A stretch of 63,813 nt of DNA, counting the filler, from Diploschistes diacapsis (Eukaryota), in NCBI GenBank assembly GCA_023645945.1. It is 19 parts of 19 records of this genome, joined end to end, with 100 filler letters (N's around TTAATTAATTAA, not from the genome) between each part and the next. Parts side by side here need not be neighbours in the genome. Positions count along the whole stretch, not along the records: positions 21,928 to 46,374 come from JALAIB010000238.1; 18 more parts are not named here. One strand, 5' to 3'. Position numbers and translations under genes: made by a program. A model generated the notes under the pieces. It ran no database searches, was not told the origin of the DNA, and saw nothing but the letters and a program-made list of their open reading frames with translations. This document shows positions 23,477 to 35,704 of this stretch, in pieces (position 1 is the stretch's first letter; each line of letters starts with the position of its first letter).

Positions 23477-24846
23477 TTAGTTGTTTTCAGGACGAAGTGC
23501 TCTGGGCGAGGATTAGCAAATACACGCAGAACGCGAGGAGACTAATTTACCTAACAGACTTTCCGGCACGCCAAATCTCGAGGTCGCGTATCTCCTGCAT
23601 CTCCTTCTCGTACCTCTGGCGGTAGTCTTTCTGCGAATTGTAGTCGAGCGACCTCTGAGTTTCCGAACCATCCTTGACCCGATCATAGAGCTCGTTGAAG
23701 ACCGGCTTCAAGGCACTCTTGAACTTGGGTGTCCAGTCGATGGCACCACGGCGTGCTGTTGTAGAGCAAGCAGCATACATCCAGTCCATACCGTTCGCAC
23801 CAATTAGCGGGTACAGACTCTGGGTCGCTTCCTCAACCGTCTCGTTGAAGGCTTCGCTTGGGCTATGGCCCCTTTCACGGAGGACTTCATACTGTGCCAA
23901 GAACATGCCGTGGATACCGCCCATCAAGCACCCACGCTCACCGTAGAGGTCCGAATAGACTTCCTTCTCGAATGTTGTCTTGTAGAGGTAGCCACTACCA
24001 ATGGCTACACCGAGGCCAATGGCTTTCTCTTCAGCCTTGCCTGTGACATCTTGGAAGATAGCAAAGGAAGAGTTGATACCTCGACCTTCGCGAAAGAGGG
24101 ACCGCACAGTACGGCCCGAACCTTTGGGAGCGACAAGCACCACGTCGATGTCGCTTGGAACCTCGACACCAGTTTTTTCTTTGTATATGGGAGAGAAACC
24201 GTGGGAGAAGTAGAGAGTCTAGAAGGGATTAGCCTGTAATAGTGAAGTCGCATCAGGCATGTCTGTCTACCTTGCCCTTGGTGAGCTGAGGCTTGATCTT
24301 TGGCCATGTCTCGCTCTGAGCGGCATCGCTGAGCAGGTTCATGATTATCGAGCCTTTGGAGATTGCCTCGTCAACCTCGAACAGATTCGTGCCTGGGATC
24401 CAGCCATCCTGTTGAGCCTCTTTCCAAGAGCCACCGTCTTTCCGCACGCCGATGATTACATTGAGGCCATTGTCTCGCAGGTTGAGACCCTGGCCGTGTC
24501 CTTGGGAGCCGTAACCAATGATCGCTAGAGTATCGTTCTTGAAGTACTCTAGTAATTTTTCCCGAGGCCAGTCGTCACGTTCTGCAAATGATTAGCCAAA
24601 GAGACTTGTGGATTGACTTTTGGATTTGTACCAACCCCAGACTTGCTCTTTTGCACCCGCAAAGTCAACGTTCTTAATACCCCTCACCTGTTGAGAAGAT
24701 CCAATGGCGAACACACGGCTTGTAATGGGAGTGCTAGCTCTGGCCTTGGAAAGTGCAGACACAAACGTCCTTCGCTGAGCAGCAGGAGAGGTCAATTGCT
24801 TGGCGAGTGGGCTACGCAGAGCCTTGCTGAAGTTTCTGGAGGCCAT
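23477..24846 (-). CDS. ILV5: Ketol-acid reductoisomerase, mitochondrial
   Basis: Exons 24846-24636, 24581-24271, 24218-23551, 23501-23477 with GT-AG introns; presequence, GYGSQG, SDLYGERGCLMG, ends ALRPENN*. Confidence 0.98.
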
Positions 24847-24970
24847 TGCGGTATAGTAGGGGACAATTATGTGTCCGGGTAAAGTCTAGTAGGAAACCTG
24901 TAGAGGTGGGCGCCAGTCTCTTCTTTTGAATTATTTTTCACCTGGCAGCTGAAGAGCTTCAACAAGTTCT

Positions 24971-24984
24971 CACCGACATCGGTG
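24971..24984. promoter_or_regulatory. Candidate Leu3/LeuB site (CCG-N4-CGG) upstream of ILV5
   Basis: CACCGACATCGGTG palindrome ~125 nt 5' of the ATG. Confidence 0.6.
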
Positions 24985-25233
24985 TCCGGGGAAGAATCTA
25001 GTCCTATTAGCGTTAGCGTGGGCGTTAGTTCGGCTCGCTTCAAATGGACAGCATCAGGGCTTGAAAACTACTAGGTACATACAGAGGCCAGAGACCCAGA
25101 GGCCGAAGGTGACCATGGACATATACCATCTTGACTACTGAAGATTAAAAGCTGCAACGGCCGCCACTCGCATTTCGTATATATAGTGCTTATGATACTG
25201 CATTCTATGGGCCCTCCAAATATCTTTCCAACA

Positions 25234-27048
25234 TCACTTAAATTGGTCCTCCGTTACTCCTTTGCCCATTGCGCTTGTGCTCGAGATACCTCCGGTAACC
25301 ATCTTCAACATATTATCTATATAGTTCGCTCCAGACCACTTTTGATGGGTGACTACATCAACCCCGCCCTCCATTTCGGGTTCTTGGACGAGCTCTCCAT
25401 AAGCCCGCATACCTTGCTTAGCAAATGCTTTTGAGAATTGATCGGAGATGAGGGCGGTGGTATGCAGCCCAGCGAGAGTAATGAATTGCCAGCAGTATCC
25501 CAGTTTGGCGAGACGCTTGATGTAGGTCTCTTGCTCGTCTCTGGACATGGCTGCCTTCCAGTTGAAGGATGGGGATAGATTGTAGGCAAGTCTAAGCGGT
25601 ACACGTTAGTATCACGGAACAAGAACAAACAAATAGGCAAATGCTTACTTCTGTTCTGGCCATACGGCGTGGACTCCATCAGCGAATTCCTTGGCTTGCT
25701 TATAGTCTGGCATCTTGCTCTCCATCCAAATCATGTCCGCATGAGGTGCGTAGGCGATCGCGCGATTCACAGCACACTGGCAGCCGCCTTTGTACCTGTA
25801 ATATCCTTCGCGTGTCCTGGGGGCATCCCAGTCCCAGAACACGTCAACGCTCGTCAAGCCTTTGGCGATGGCACGCGCTTCCGAATTGCTCTTGCCCTTG
25901 GCAGCACTCAAATACTCCTTGATCAGAGCGGGCTTGTCGACGTGGACTTCAGCGTTTATAATATCCACAACATGTTCATCGAAGAGCTTCAGGCCGGCCT
26001 GAGCCATCCACTGATCTTCAATTGCTTGCAACTGCTCGCCGGTCTTTCCTGCTTGCTCTGCGGCAACCATAAGGTCGCTGAGGGGGTGTAGTGCCTGATT
26101 CGTGGAACCTAAGATGAAGCCGTGATCCCTGTAATCGATGGTGGACGTGAGAAGGGTAGCAGCTTCCGAGTCTGTCCGAGCAACTGCGAGAAGATCGGTT
26201 CCTAAGGCCCATCAGCTTTATTCAGATTCAAGATGTGTCATGTCTTGCCCATAATATCAGCTTGAGCTCGGATCGCTACTAGTCGATTGATGTGCTCGCT
26301 GATGGGGACTAGAACTTTGCCTGCCATGTGGCCACATTTCTTTGTACCCGGTGCTTGATCTTCAATATGGATACCAGCTGCGCCCTTCTCTACGAAAAGC
26401 TTGGTGAGCTTCATGATAGCTGTCAAGCCTCCATGACCGGTGTCTGCATCTGCAATGAGCGGTCTTAAATAGTCTACGTTGGCAAGTGAACCCCGTTTCT
26501 CTTTCGGCGTGGTTATACGTTCTTCTCGTTGTTTACGATCATGGAAAAGCTGGGCCATGAAGAGATGTTGGACTTTGTTCGGGACGGTGTTCTGTCATTA
26601 GTCAGGAACGGCCAATAAGCCTACGAAGATCATGCTGACCATTGGATAATCGGCCAGATCCGGCGACGGCTCATCGGTTGATGAAGCGGTTGAGGAGCTT
26701 TGCCAGCCAGATACGTATATCGTGTCGAGGTATTTACACATTTGGGTAAGGGCCGTAGGCTCCATACAGCCGTATGTGAAGCTGGCGTCGCCATTCTGGA
26801 GAGTCTTTAGACCATGTTTAATAGCATTGCGAGTGTCTTACCTTGAACCTTTCCTCTACAATCTTCCAAAGCTTCTTGGCCATTACGTTACTGGGGTACT
26901 CAATCTTCAGATTGCCTCTCTTTGCAACAACCTCCTCTGCAGTGTATGGCCGCCTCGTGTACCTCCAGCGAGAATCCGCCCACCATTTCTTTATGGCCTT
27001 GATGTCATCCAGGTAAGCCTGGTCTTCTTGGTCCAACGATGGAGGCAT
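25234..27048 (-). CDS. ICL1: Isocitrate lyase (acuD orthologue)
   Basis: Exons 27048-26842, 26795-26640, 26591-26249, 26201-25649, 25591-25234; KKCGHMAGK catalytic motif, [16 protein letters not shown]. Confidence 0.97.
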
Positions 27049-27242
27049 ATTTGCAGGAACGGCGTAGATAGATATTTTGGATTAGGGTTTTTCGGCAGAG
27101 AAGCAAGAACAGCGAAACGCAAAAGTGTTATTAGAGACTGAGCTATACAGAGGAATGCCTTCAACCAGCAAAAGAGCGTTGGTTAAAGAATGTCTGGAAT
27201 CACAAGCAACTCAAGGGCCTATGAGCTAGATGATCTGTACGA

Positions 27243-27656
27243 CCTCGGTCCAAAGGGACTGACGTGCGAAACATTCCGACGCCGAAGGAAACAAGGAGAC
27301 CAGGCCATATATTATTATAAGGGTTGGCTAAGGATCCCTACCAATGGACGGTATTCAACACGCATATGACTCTATAATTGAGTGTGTTTCTGCTGTTCAA
27401 TACTACCTGTAGTTGCGCTGCGGGGGGCTAGCGGGCGGAGCAAGATGCTCTCATGTCAAGAGGGATGCACGATGCTCGCTGAAGCTGGCTTTGAACAGCA
27501 CTGTATAGGAGGCTGCATGTGGTTCGAGAATGCAGTACCTACTAGGGAGCTCCAAGATTGTTCCACTTGAAAATGCAAAAGGAATATCTGTATTTCCCTC
27601 GATCTCAAGATTCTGGGTTGTGACGGTCACAAAGAGGAGAAGAAGCTCTACCTCGG
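27243..27656. promoter_or_regulatory. Two CCTCGG (FarA/FarB-type) motifs upstream of ICL1
   Basis: CCTCGG at 27243-27248 and 27651-27656; SYGGRG (CreA-type) hexamers at ~27420 and ~27689. Confidence 0.45.
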
Positions 27657-27875
27657 GCTTTTGCTGCCGACTCTTGTTAGGGATTAGTGGCGGGGCTAAG
27701 CTTCGCTAGTACGCAAAATGTTGAACAACCTTCGTTGAAGCTGCAGTTGTCCCAAGTTCCACGTTGTGTTCGCTACATTACATTCGATTACAAGACCAAG
27801 GGAAAAAAAAAAAAGGAAGTATATAGAAGCAGAAAACCAAGATCAAAAAGCGTGTTCAATCTTGCTAAGCATACT

Positions 27876-28850
27876 TCAGCTAGTGACCGCTTGAGCAAGC
27901 GTTGCGGCTCGATAGAGCTGCGAGAAACCTCCTTTTGGGGGCTGAAGCCAGTTCCCCTGGTCATATTCATAGCAGCCATCAATCAAGTGGAACGTATATA
28001 TGATGCGCCCTTTTGGACTTAGGTTCTTCTCGCTCTGGTGTAGCAAATTACCGTGGATCAAGACCAGCGAGCCAGCTTTGACTTCTCCCGGCGTGTAGTG
28101 TTCCTTTTCTACAACCTGTTCTTGAACATCGAAGCGCTGCGGAAAGTGAGCCCCTTCGACATCTGCAAACGCTGTATTGCCATTCTGTCGCACCATTCTG
28201 GTTTTCACGGGTGTACGGCGGTGCGAGCCCTTTGCGAAACTGAGGCAACCGTTTTCAAGCGTTGCGTCTTCAAGTGCGATCCAAAAGCCTACTGCAGATG
28301 GTGGATTCGTGTACAGGAATGACGAGTCCTGGTGTGCGCTGACTTTGCCCCCTATTTCAGGCTGTTTGCAAATGACCATGCTCTGTAAGACCCTGGGATC
28401 TCTGAACCCCAGCTCTCGAGCTATGCTAGCATTCTGATTCGTAAAGGTTGCTTCTCGAAAAGGCTCGGAGAGCTCATGAAGGTAGTGACCTATCTTGTTG
28501 ATGGCTCTCTCCTTCGGTTTAATCAGGTCTCCTTTCTCGTTGAAAGCATCTTCCTCAAAGAAGAACCGTATTTTATCCCCGCTTTCTAGGAAATAATCGT
28601 CCCCTACATGAGCACCGCCATCTTTACCTGTTGTGAACTTTGTGAGAGGGTGAGTCTCTAGAGGGAAATTTCTGAGAAGGGTGTGTGTCTCATTGAGGAG
28701 AGCGGCGGTTGTTGTTGGATCGAGAAAGTCGGGTATTATAAGATAGCCGTCATGATCGAAAGCAGCCTTTTGCGAGGCGCTCAAGGCAAGTTGGGTAGAA
28801 GCTCCAGATAGGTCTGCTTTCGTTGCGGGCGCCATTTGTGAAAGTAGCAT
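27876..28850 (-). CDS. Phytanoyl-CoA dioxygenase (PhyH) family Fe/2OG dioxygenase, PHYHD1-like
   Basis: Single-exon 324-aa ORF; DGYL, INKIGHYLH, HQD iron ligands, ALEDATLENGCL, HGNLLHQSEKN; alternative ATG at 28835. Confidence 0.92.
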   Translation of the reverse strand: MLLSQMAPATKADLSGASTQLALSASQKAAFDHDGYLIIPDFLDPTTTAALLNETHTLLRNFPLETHPLTKFTTGKDGGAHVGDDYFLESGDKIRFFFEEDAFNEKGDLIKPKERAINKIGHYLHELSEPFREATFTNQNASIARELGFRDPRVLQSMVICKQPEIGGKVSAHQDSSFLYTNPPSAVGFWIALEDATLENGCLSFAKGSHRRTPVKTRMVRQNGNTAFADVEGAHFPQRFDVQEQVVEKEHYTPGEVKAGSLVLIHGNLLHQSEKNLSPKGRIIYTFHLIDGCYEYDQGNWLQPPKGGFSQLYRAATLAQAVTS

Positions 28851-29378
28851 TCAAGTGATGATATGACTCGAGCTAGAATACAAGAACAGAAGATTTAGGG
28901 AGAAAGCAGAACAACTGCAGCTTCAAGATGGGCGGTTAAGTGAAATTCGGTAAGACATTGCGATCTCGGGTGATCTCCACTTTACTTCTCTACTCCGCAA
29001 AAGCATGTGTTCCATCGTTTTGAGAAGCAAGAGGATTTGGGGTGACGTAGCCAACTAAGAACACTACCTAGGTACCTGGTAGATATGGGGCCTCAAACTT
29101 CTCAACTTAAGTGAACACGACAGCTTGAAAGAGACGCAAACCCATTGAAGCTTTCTCTATCCTTCATCAAGCTTTCAGACGCACCAGTTCTCTGTGTGGC
29201 TCTTCATAGTCCGACAACTTCCAAAAGCTCATGCTTTTTCTCTCAACTGCAAAACACTTAATTGTCTTTAGCGTGACACGTTTATTCACGTGCCGAGATT
29301 CTCTCATTCTTCTCCAGCGCTCTTCGAAGCGTGTCAATTTTAATTTCTGAACTGCTTGTATCATCGATCATCACCACC

Positions 29379-30843
29379 ATGCCTACAACGCGCTCCTCGG
29401 CACGTAGGACAGAAGGTTCTAGCCCTGCGCCCTCGACCTCGACTACTGCAAGCAAGCGCAAGGCCTCCGACACCTCGCCTGGTTCTACCTCCACGAAGGG
29501 TCGCCGTGGCGCTCCAAAGAAGCAGAAAACTTTGGAGGAAACAATGCCAGATTCCAAGGACAACGTCACCGAGACCGACGAAGAATCGAAAATTGAAGCT
29601 ACCAAGGCCGAAAAGCAGGAGGCTGAAAAGAAAAAGAACGGCGAAGAGGGAAAGGACGAGCGTATGAAGGATGAACCGAGTGAATCGAAAGGCGGAGAGG
29701 CGAAGGATGAGCCTATGGAGGATGCATCGAATGAACTCAAAGGCGGGGAAGGTGGGACCAATGGAGAGCAAGCTGAAGCGCAACCTAAATCAGAGGACAA
29801 CGCAGAAAAGGCCGAAGTTAAGTCAAAGGAAGAAGACGGTGCTCCAAAGGCGTCAACAAAAGGAGATGCTGTCGAAAAATCCGCTGAGCGCGAAAAGACC
29901 ACACCCTCTAGCATCTTGGAGAAGGGAATCATTTACTTTTTCTTCCGTGGAAGAGTTGGCATCGATGAGCCGTCCGACGTCAACGATATCGCCCGAAGCT
30001 ATATTGTACTCCGTCCAATCCCGCATGGGGCCAAGCTTGGCGATGGCCCTATGGGCGACAATGGCAACAACCGTGTTCTCGCTCTACCGAAGAAAGTATT
30101 GCCCACAGGTCCTAAGGATAGGTTCATGGTGTTCGTCGATAAAGCGAAGAGTACTATCGAGGACATTAAGAAGGATTTCCTCTCGGCTTCGGACTACGCG
30201 ACGAAGACTGCTGGCACGCGTCATACCCCTCCTGCTACCCCCATCGGCGAAGGAATATATGCCTTCACCTCTACCGGCCGCGAGACTCATCTCGCATACA
30301 TCTTGACTCTGCCGTCTGAAATTACCGAGGTTCAGAAAGACATCGGGCTCCAGCAGCGAGGTAGCTTTGTCACTAGTTTGAAGAATCCGCAGTACTCCGG
30401 TCCAGCAAACGCACAGCTCCCAGAGGGCCCCAAGTTTCCCCAAGAGTAAGAAAAAAGGTCGCCCAGCTCGGATGTTCGCTAACGATGGCCCTAGAATCCT
30501 GGACGAGTTCCGCTCGCTGCGTTGGATGCCCGTTCAGCCCAAGCACCTCGACTACGAGAATGCACAAATGCTGTTGATCGGCCACAACGAAAGCGCGCTT
30601 GACAAAGCCACCGTCCCGCAGAATGAGGATCAGCAGGAGGACAAGGACGAGCCAAAGGAGGAGATGGAGAAGCTTGAGCATGAGGATGAGATTCGTGTTG
30701 AGCACTTGAAAGGTATTGCATCACTTCCTGCCGTCGCTTTATTTGCAGACATACTGAAATGTTGGCTCCAAGGTGACGATGCCGTCTTCGAGGATCTCGA
30801 CGTGAATGCCAAAGAGTATCCCAGCCTCCAGACCAGCTGGTGA
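29379..30843 (+). CDS. Conserved fungal hypothetical protein (charged N-terminus, ILEKGIIYFFFRGRV domain)
   Basis: Long ORF continued through two GT-AG introns (~30446-30494, ~30713-30771); function not assignable. Confidence 0.85.
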
Positions 30844-31419
30844 AAGTGTCCAAAGCGCGACATATCGGCGTATGATTGCTCGAAGCGTTATGGGCGGATG
30901 TATTTTTAATGGGTTGGGCTAGCTTTACGATAATGCTAATACGAGCAGGTAGGAGCTGGAAGATCAGATGGGATACTTTCGATGATGTGTACGATAACAT
31001 TACTTTCAAAGCACGCACCAGATTGGTCAAGCAATACATAGAAAAGTTGTAGATCAGCCATTTACTAAAGGTGAAATTCAGCGCGTATTGTGCATAATTC
31101 CCAAGGGAGAGTACCCTACGTCGATGCTACTCCAGCATCGAGAGCACTCGAGCAAACATAGCCAATGGGCTGGCCAAGAGAGCTTCGCATTATGGCTATT
31201 TACAACGCAGCTGACGCCCTCCCCCTTGGCACGCGCAGGTGATCAACCACTTTGCTGTATTACATTTATGGCAGGGCGCCAAGAACCAAGCGTTTCCCTG
31301 CCAGACCCCGCCAAGCGCCGGGGGGGAGGGGGCATATCAGTAAAAACTGGAACAGGATGTGAGACGCGAAAGGTCAGAGAGGGGCGAATGGAGGAGGGGC
31401 TGGGACATTGGGTGTCTCT

Positions 31420-31421
<2 letters not shown>

Positions 31422-31459
<38 letters not shown>
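31422..31459. repeat. (GT)n microsatellite
   Basis: About 19 perfect GT units. Confidence 0.97.
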
Positions 31460-31460
<1 letters not shown>

Positions 31461-32441
31461 TCGGATAATCTCTTCATGCTCATCATTAATAATAACCATA
31501 CAAGGTAGTAACGTTATAGCCCAACTTCAAGATTCCGCCGCGCGGCCCATGCTTTAATATGATGAAGTATTATTGGCATATTCTGGATGGGATCCATTGC
31601 GTCGAGCCGGTAGTCGGTAATCTGCACTGGTACAGAGATATCTAAGAAGCTGACGTCGTGGCAAAGATAAAACAGGGTTGAAGTGAGTTGATTGTGAATT
31701 TGTGACGCCTGGCATTTACAGGAGGAGACTGGCGCTAGGGTATTGTTGTATTTCGCGGCAGTAATAGTCACAATTCTCACGTACAGCGGTAGATAAAATT
31801 TTTATTATGTGATGCCTTTGCCAGCAAAAATAACGAGAGCATGATCCATCCATCATTTTGCACTCGCAATACAATACACAATACGAAAATAAGTAACCAC
31901 ATCTGGTTCCGGCCCGAGTCTTAGTGGTTGTTAGCTCTGTTGCCCCCCTTACTACACATTCGTCCTTTTCCCCCCCTTGTTTTCCCCTTTGCTCACAATA
32001 CCTACTACTACTACTACTCACCAGAGGCGTCGTACCTCCATAATAACGCTCGCACCTCTCACACCTCACTTCTGCTTTTCCGCGCCAGCAAGTCAAGTTG
32101 ACTCTGTCATCTTGCTCTCTCCTTTCATATCCATCCATCCATCACTTGCTTCCACTGGACAAGACGGTTCTAGACTCAAGGTTGATACCACTCATTTGTC
32201 AACTCTGTAACAGGTTCCTTTGACTGCCCGACATTCCATTGTCTGTTCGCTTGATTCATGCCAACCTAAACCCATCTTCTGAAATCCAAATCTTTCTCCT
32301 TCGACCTCTATCGACCCGATAATCTCAGCTTTCCATCTTTTACATATGGTTCTAGAATTTTGACGGATTACTGCATTGGTGTTTGGGGATAGGAAAGTGA
32401 TAGCACAGGGAAAAGGAGGACTTGCTGGGAAAGCAGGAAAC

Positions 32442-34827
32442 ATGCGTCTTTCGTTCATATTAAGCCCTCGGGGCCTGTTCACGGCAGCGTTGTTGGCGCT
32501 CTCTTCGGTCGTATCAGCAGAGTACATGCTGGTGTCTACTTCGCTCGATCAATGCGGTACTTCTTCGACAGGCACGCCTGGTGTCACTGCCAATCTCTTC
32601 ACCGTCGTCTTCACGCCCGCCAACCGAACGCTTCAATATAACATTAATGCCGTCTCCTCGGTCTCCGGTGAAGTTATTGCAGAGGTCGATGTCATCGCCT
32701 ATGGGCTTGTCGCTGTCAATAAGACGTTCGATCCTTGTGCGCAATCTAACGACGGTAGTACTGGCTTGAGCAACCTGTGTCCTCTCACACCCGACGTGGC
32801 AATTCCTCTCGATTCGAACTACATCATCGACCAAGACGTTGTTAATATAATTCCCGGTATCGCCTACACCGTTCCTGATCTAGATGCCACTGTCAGATTC
32901 ATTATCAAGGATCGAAACACGCTCGTCGAGGTTGCTTGCGTCGAGGCCCATCTTTCCAACGGCCAAACAGTCAACCAGACCGGTGTCAAATGGGCTACGG
33001 CTATCATTGCAGGTTTGGGTCTTCTTGCATCCGCCATTACCTCTGGCCTGGGCCATTCCAACACCGCCGCTCATGTCGCAGCCAACGCACTTTCTTTGTT
33101 TGGCTTGTTCCAGGCACAGGCTATCATTGGAATGACCGCGGTCGACCTGCCACCAATTGTGCAATCATGGACTCAGGATTTCCAATGGAGCATGGGGATT
33201 GTTGAAATCGACTTCATGCAAACTGTTTGCACCTGGTACCAGAGGGCTACTGGCGGAACACCATCAACCATCATCGCCAATCTTGCCGTTCAGTCTGTCG
33301 ATGTGTATAGGCGTGCCGTAGAGCCATTGGGCGAGCTCATGACGAGAGGTGCTGGTGCCATACTGAGGAGGGATGTGGCTGATCTACAGCAACCCATTGT
33401 TGCTGGCATTGAAAGAGTCGGCTTCATGGCAAACATCGAACCCACGAACATCTTTCTTACCGGTCTAGGCTTCTTTGTTGCATTCATCGTTGCTGTCGCT
33501 CTGGGTATCTGTATCTTCAAGCTTTTCATTGAACTGGCTACGCGACAAGGCTGGGCCAAGAGCGATAAGTTTCAGGATTTCCGCAACGGATGGAAGATAG
33601 TTCTGAAGGGCATCCTGTTCCGAATCGTGCTTATTGGTTACACTCAAATGTGTATACTCTGTTTGTGGGAACTCACCGTTAGAGACTCTGCAGCCGAAGT
33701 GGTCCTGGCAGTCTTCTACTTTGTTGCAATGACTGCAGCACTTTTCTGGGCTGCCTTCAAGGTCATTAGGATTGCCAAGCGTTCCGTCTCGATGCACAAG
33801 AACCCGGCTTACATTCTCTACTCTGATCCCACTGCGCTCAACAAATGGGGCTTCCTTTACGTCCAGTATAGAGCGACTGCTTACTACTTCATCTTCCCGC
33901 AGCTTGCCCATATTCTTCTCAAGGCCATGTTCGTCGCTCTCGGTCAAGGATCTCCAGTTGCCCAGGCTGTTGGACTTCTGATCGTCGAGGCTATTTGGTT
34001 GATAGCAGTCAGCATTCTCCGGCCGTGGATGGACAAGAAAACGAACACGTTCAACATCTCCATCGCAGCGATCAACTTCCTCAACACCATCTTCCTCTTG
34101 ATCTTCACAGACGTTTTCAATGAACCAGTAAGTCTCGCGCTAACACCCTTTCCGATTCTTCTCTAATGACTCCCAGGGTCTGGTCAGCGGAATCTGTGGC
34201 GTGGTATTCACCCTTGTAAATGCCGTCTTCTCCTTGGTTCTCTTGATCATGGTTCTCATTTCGTCCGCCTATGCCATCTTCTCCAAGAACCCGGATACTC
34301 GCTACCAACCAATGCGAGATGACCGTGGCTCTTTTATCAAGTCTCAATCCAACCTCAACACCGAGCTCGACGCTTTGGCCGTAACTGCTCGCGGCGACAT
34401 GAAACAGAGAAACCTTGATGATGATTCAGACTCGTTCACATCCGCTGCCGTGTCTCAGCAACATCACGACCCGTCTCAAGTTCCTCTACCAGCATCCGCA
34501 TCCGCATCTACCCGCAACGTCAACACATATGGCCAGCCACCAGCATCGCCGATCAACGCTTCTACACCATTCATTCCAGGAAATGGAGGTCCACGGCATG
34601 GAACGCCTGCAAACTACGATAGGCCTACGTACAGCAGCGGCGGGTATAGCGACAACGGCTACTCGCGCACTGCCAATAACTCCTCGCCGCTGCGCGGCAA
34701 CCAGGGCGGTGGATACGGTAACGGCGGGTACAGCTACGACAGGAGCGCATCGCTTCGGTCAGACACCAGTTACCGAGGTGGAAACGGAGGTAATCAATGG
34801 CAGAGAGGTGCAGGTTACGATCACTGA
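32442..34827 (+). CDS. FLC/Pkd2 family TRP-like membrane protein (flavin carrier-like)
   Basis: Signal peptide, IPGIAYTVPDLDA N-domain, WTQDFQWSMG, KWGFLYVQYRATAYYF, multiple TM helices; one intron ~34129-34176. Confidence 0.93.
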
Positions 34828-35704
34828 ATGATTTATGGGCAACTTTTTTTGGGCAGGATAGAAGCAAGATTTGCTGAAAGAATAGCGCTGCTTGGCTCAG
34901 GAAACGGATCGTCGCCGTGTTGCCCTCTGTGGCCAGGCTTTTTAGCATTCAAGTGGATATTGGATGGATGGATCGTTTTCTTTGATTCAGAGCAGTTGCT
35001 TCATTAGGCGGCGTCGGATTTTCGTGGCTCGGGTTTTTTATTATATTTGTACAGAGGTCTACAGTGCATATAGATAGTGAATCTGTAATTCAATAGTGTG
35101 ATAAAGCACCACCTGCTCTAATGAATATCCATCCCATCTGTTATCAACAAATGTTTATCAGCATTTTGAAGAAGGCACTGGTTTCTTCCAGTGCAGGTCG
35201 ATACTGTGCACACGGTTCTACCTATAGTTCCTCCATATTTGTGCAACTAAACGTTTGTAGTAGACCATGCCCAGCAGAAGATGCTTCATAAGCCTTTTTG
35301 CTATGGGAACTCTGGTTATCTTTCGCCAGTGTCTAATACTTCGAATACTTCGTTGTACTGATGCCAAATACAAGGGATTGCCTTTCGACGAAGCCCATCT
35401 TCGAATACATCTTACCCTTACACTTCTTAGTCATTAATATTAAAGGATCATAACTACAGTTACTTCGAGAACTAAACGGTCATTGGATATACTTTTGAGA
35501 AAGTATGAAGTGATTTACAGTCGGAACTTTCATCGTGGCCGGAATCTGACGTGCCCACTATAATTTTGCCGCTGACGAATTTTAGCTTCGAAAGAACTAA
35601 TTATCCGTACATCAAATTAACTCCATAAGTTTTTATATCCAACCACAGCTTATTCGCAAAGAAAACGACAGCCAAGTTCGGAACACCCCCATAAGGCGTC
35701 CAGA

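Noticed and set aside
25234..27048. 2-methylisocitrate lyase instead of ICL
   Set aside because: KKCGHM motif and no mitochondrial presequence favour the glyoxylate-cycle enzyme
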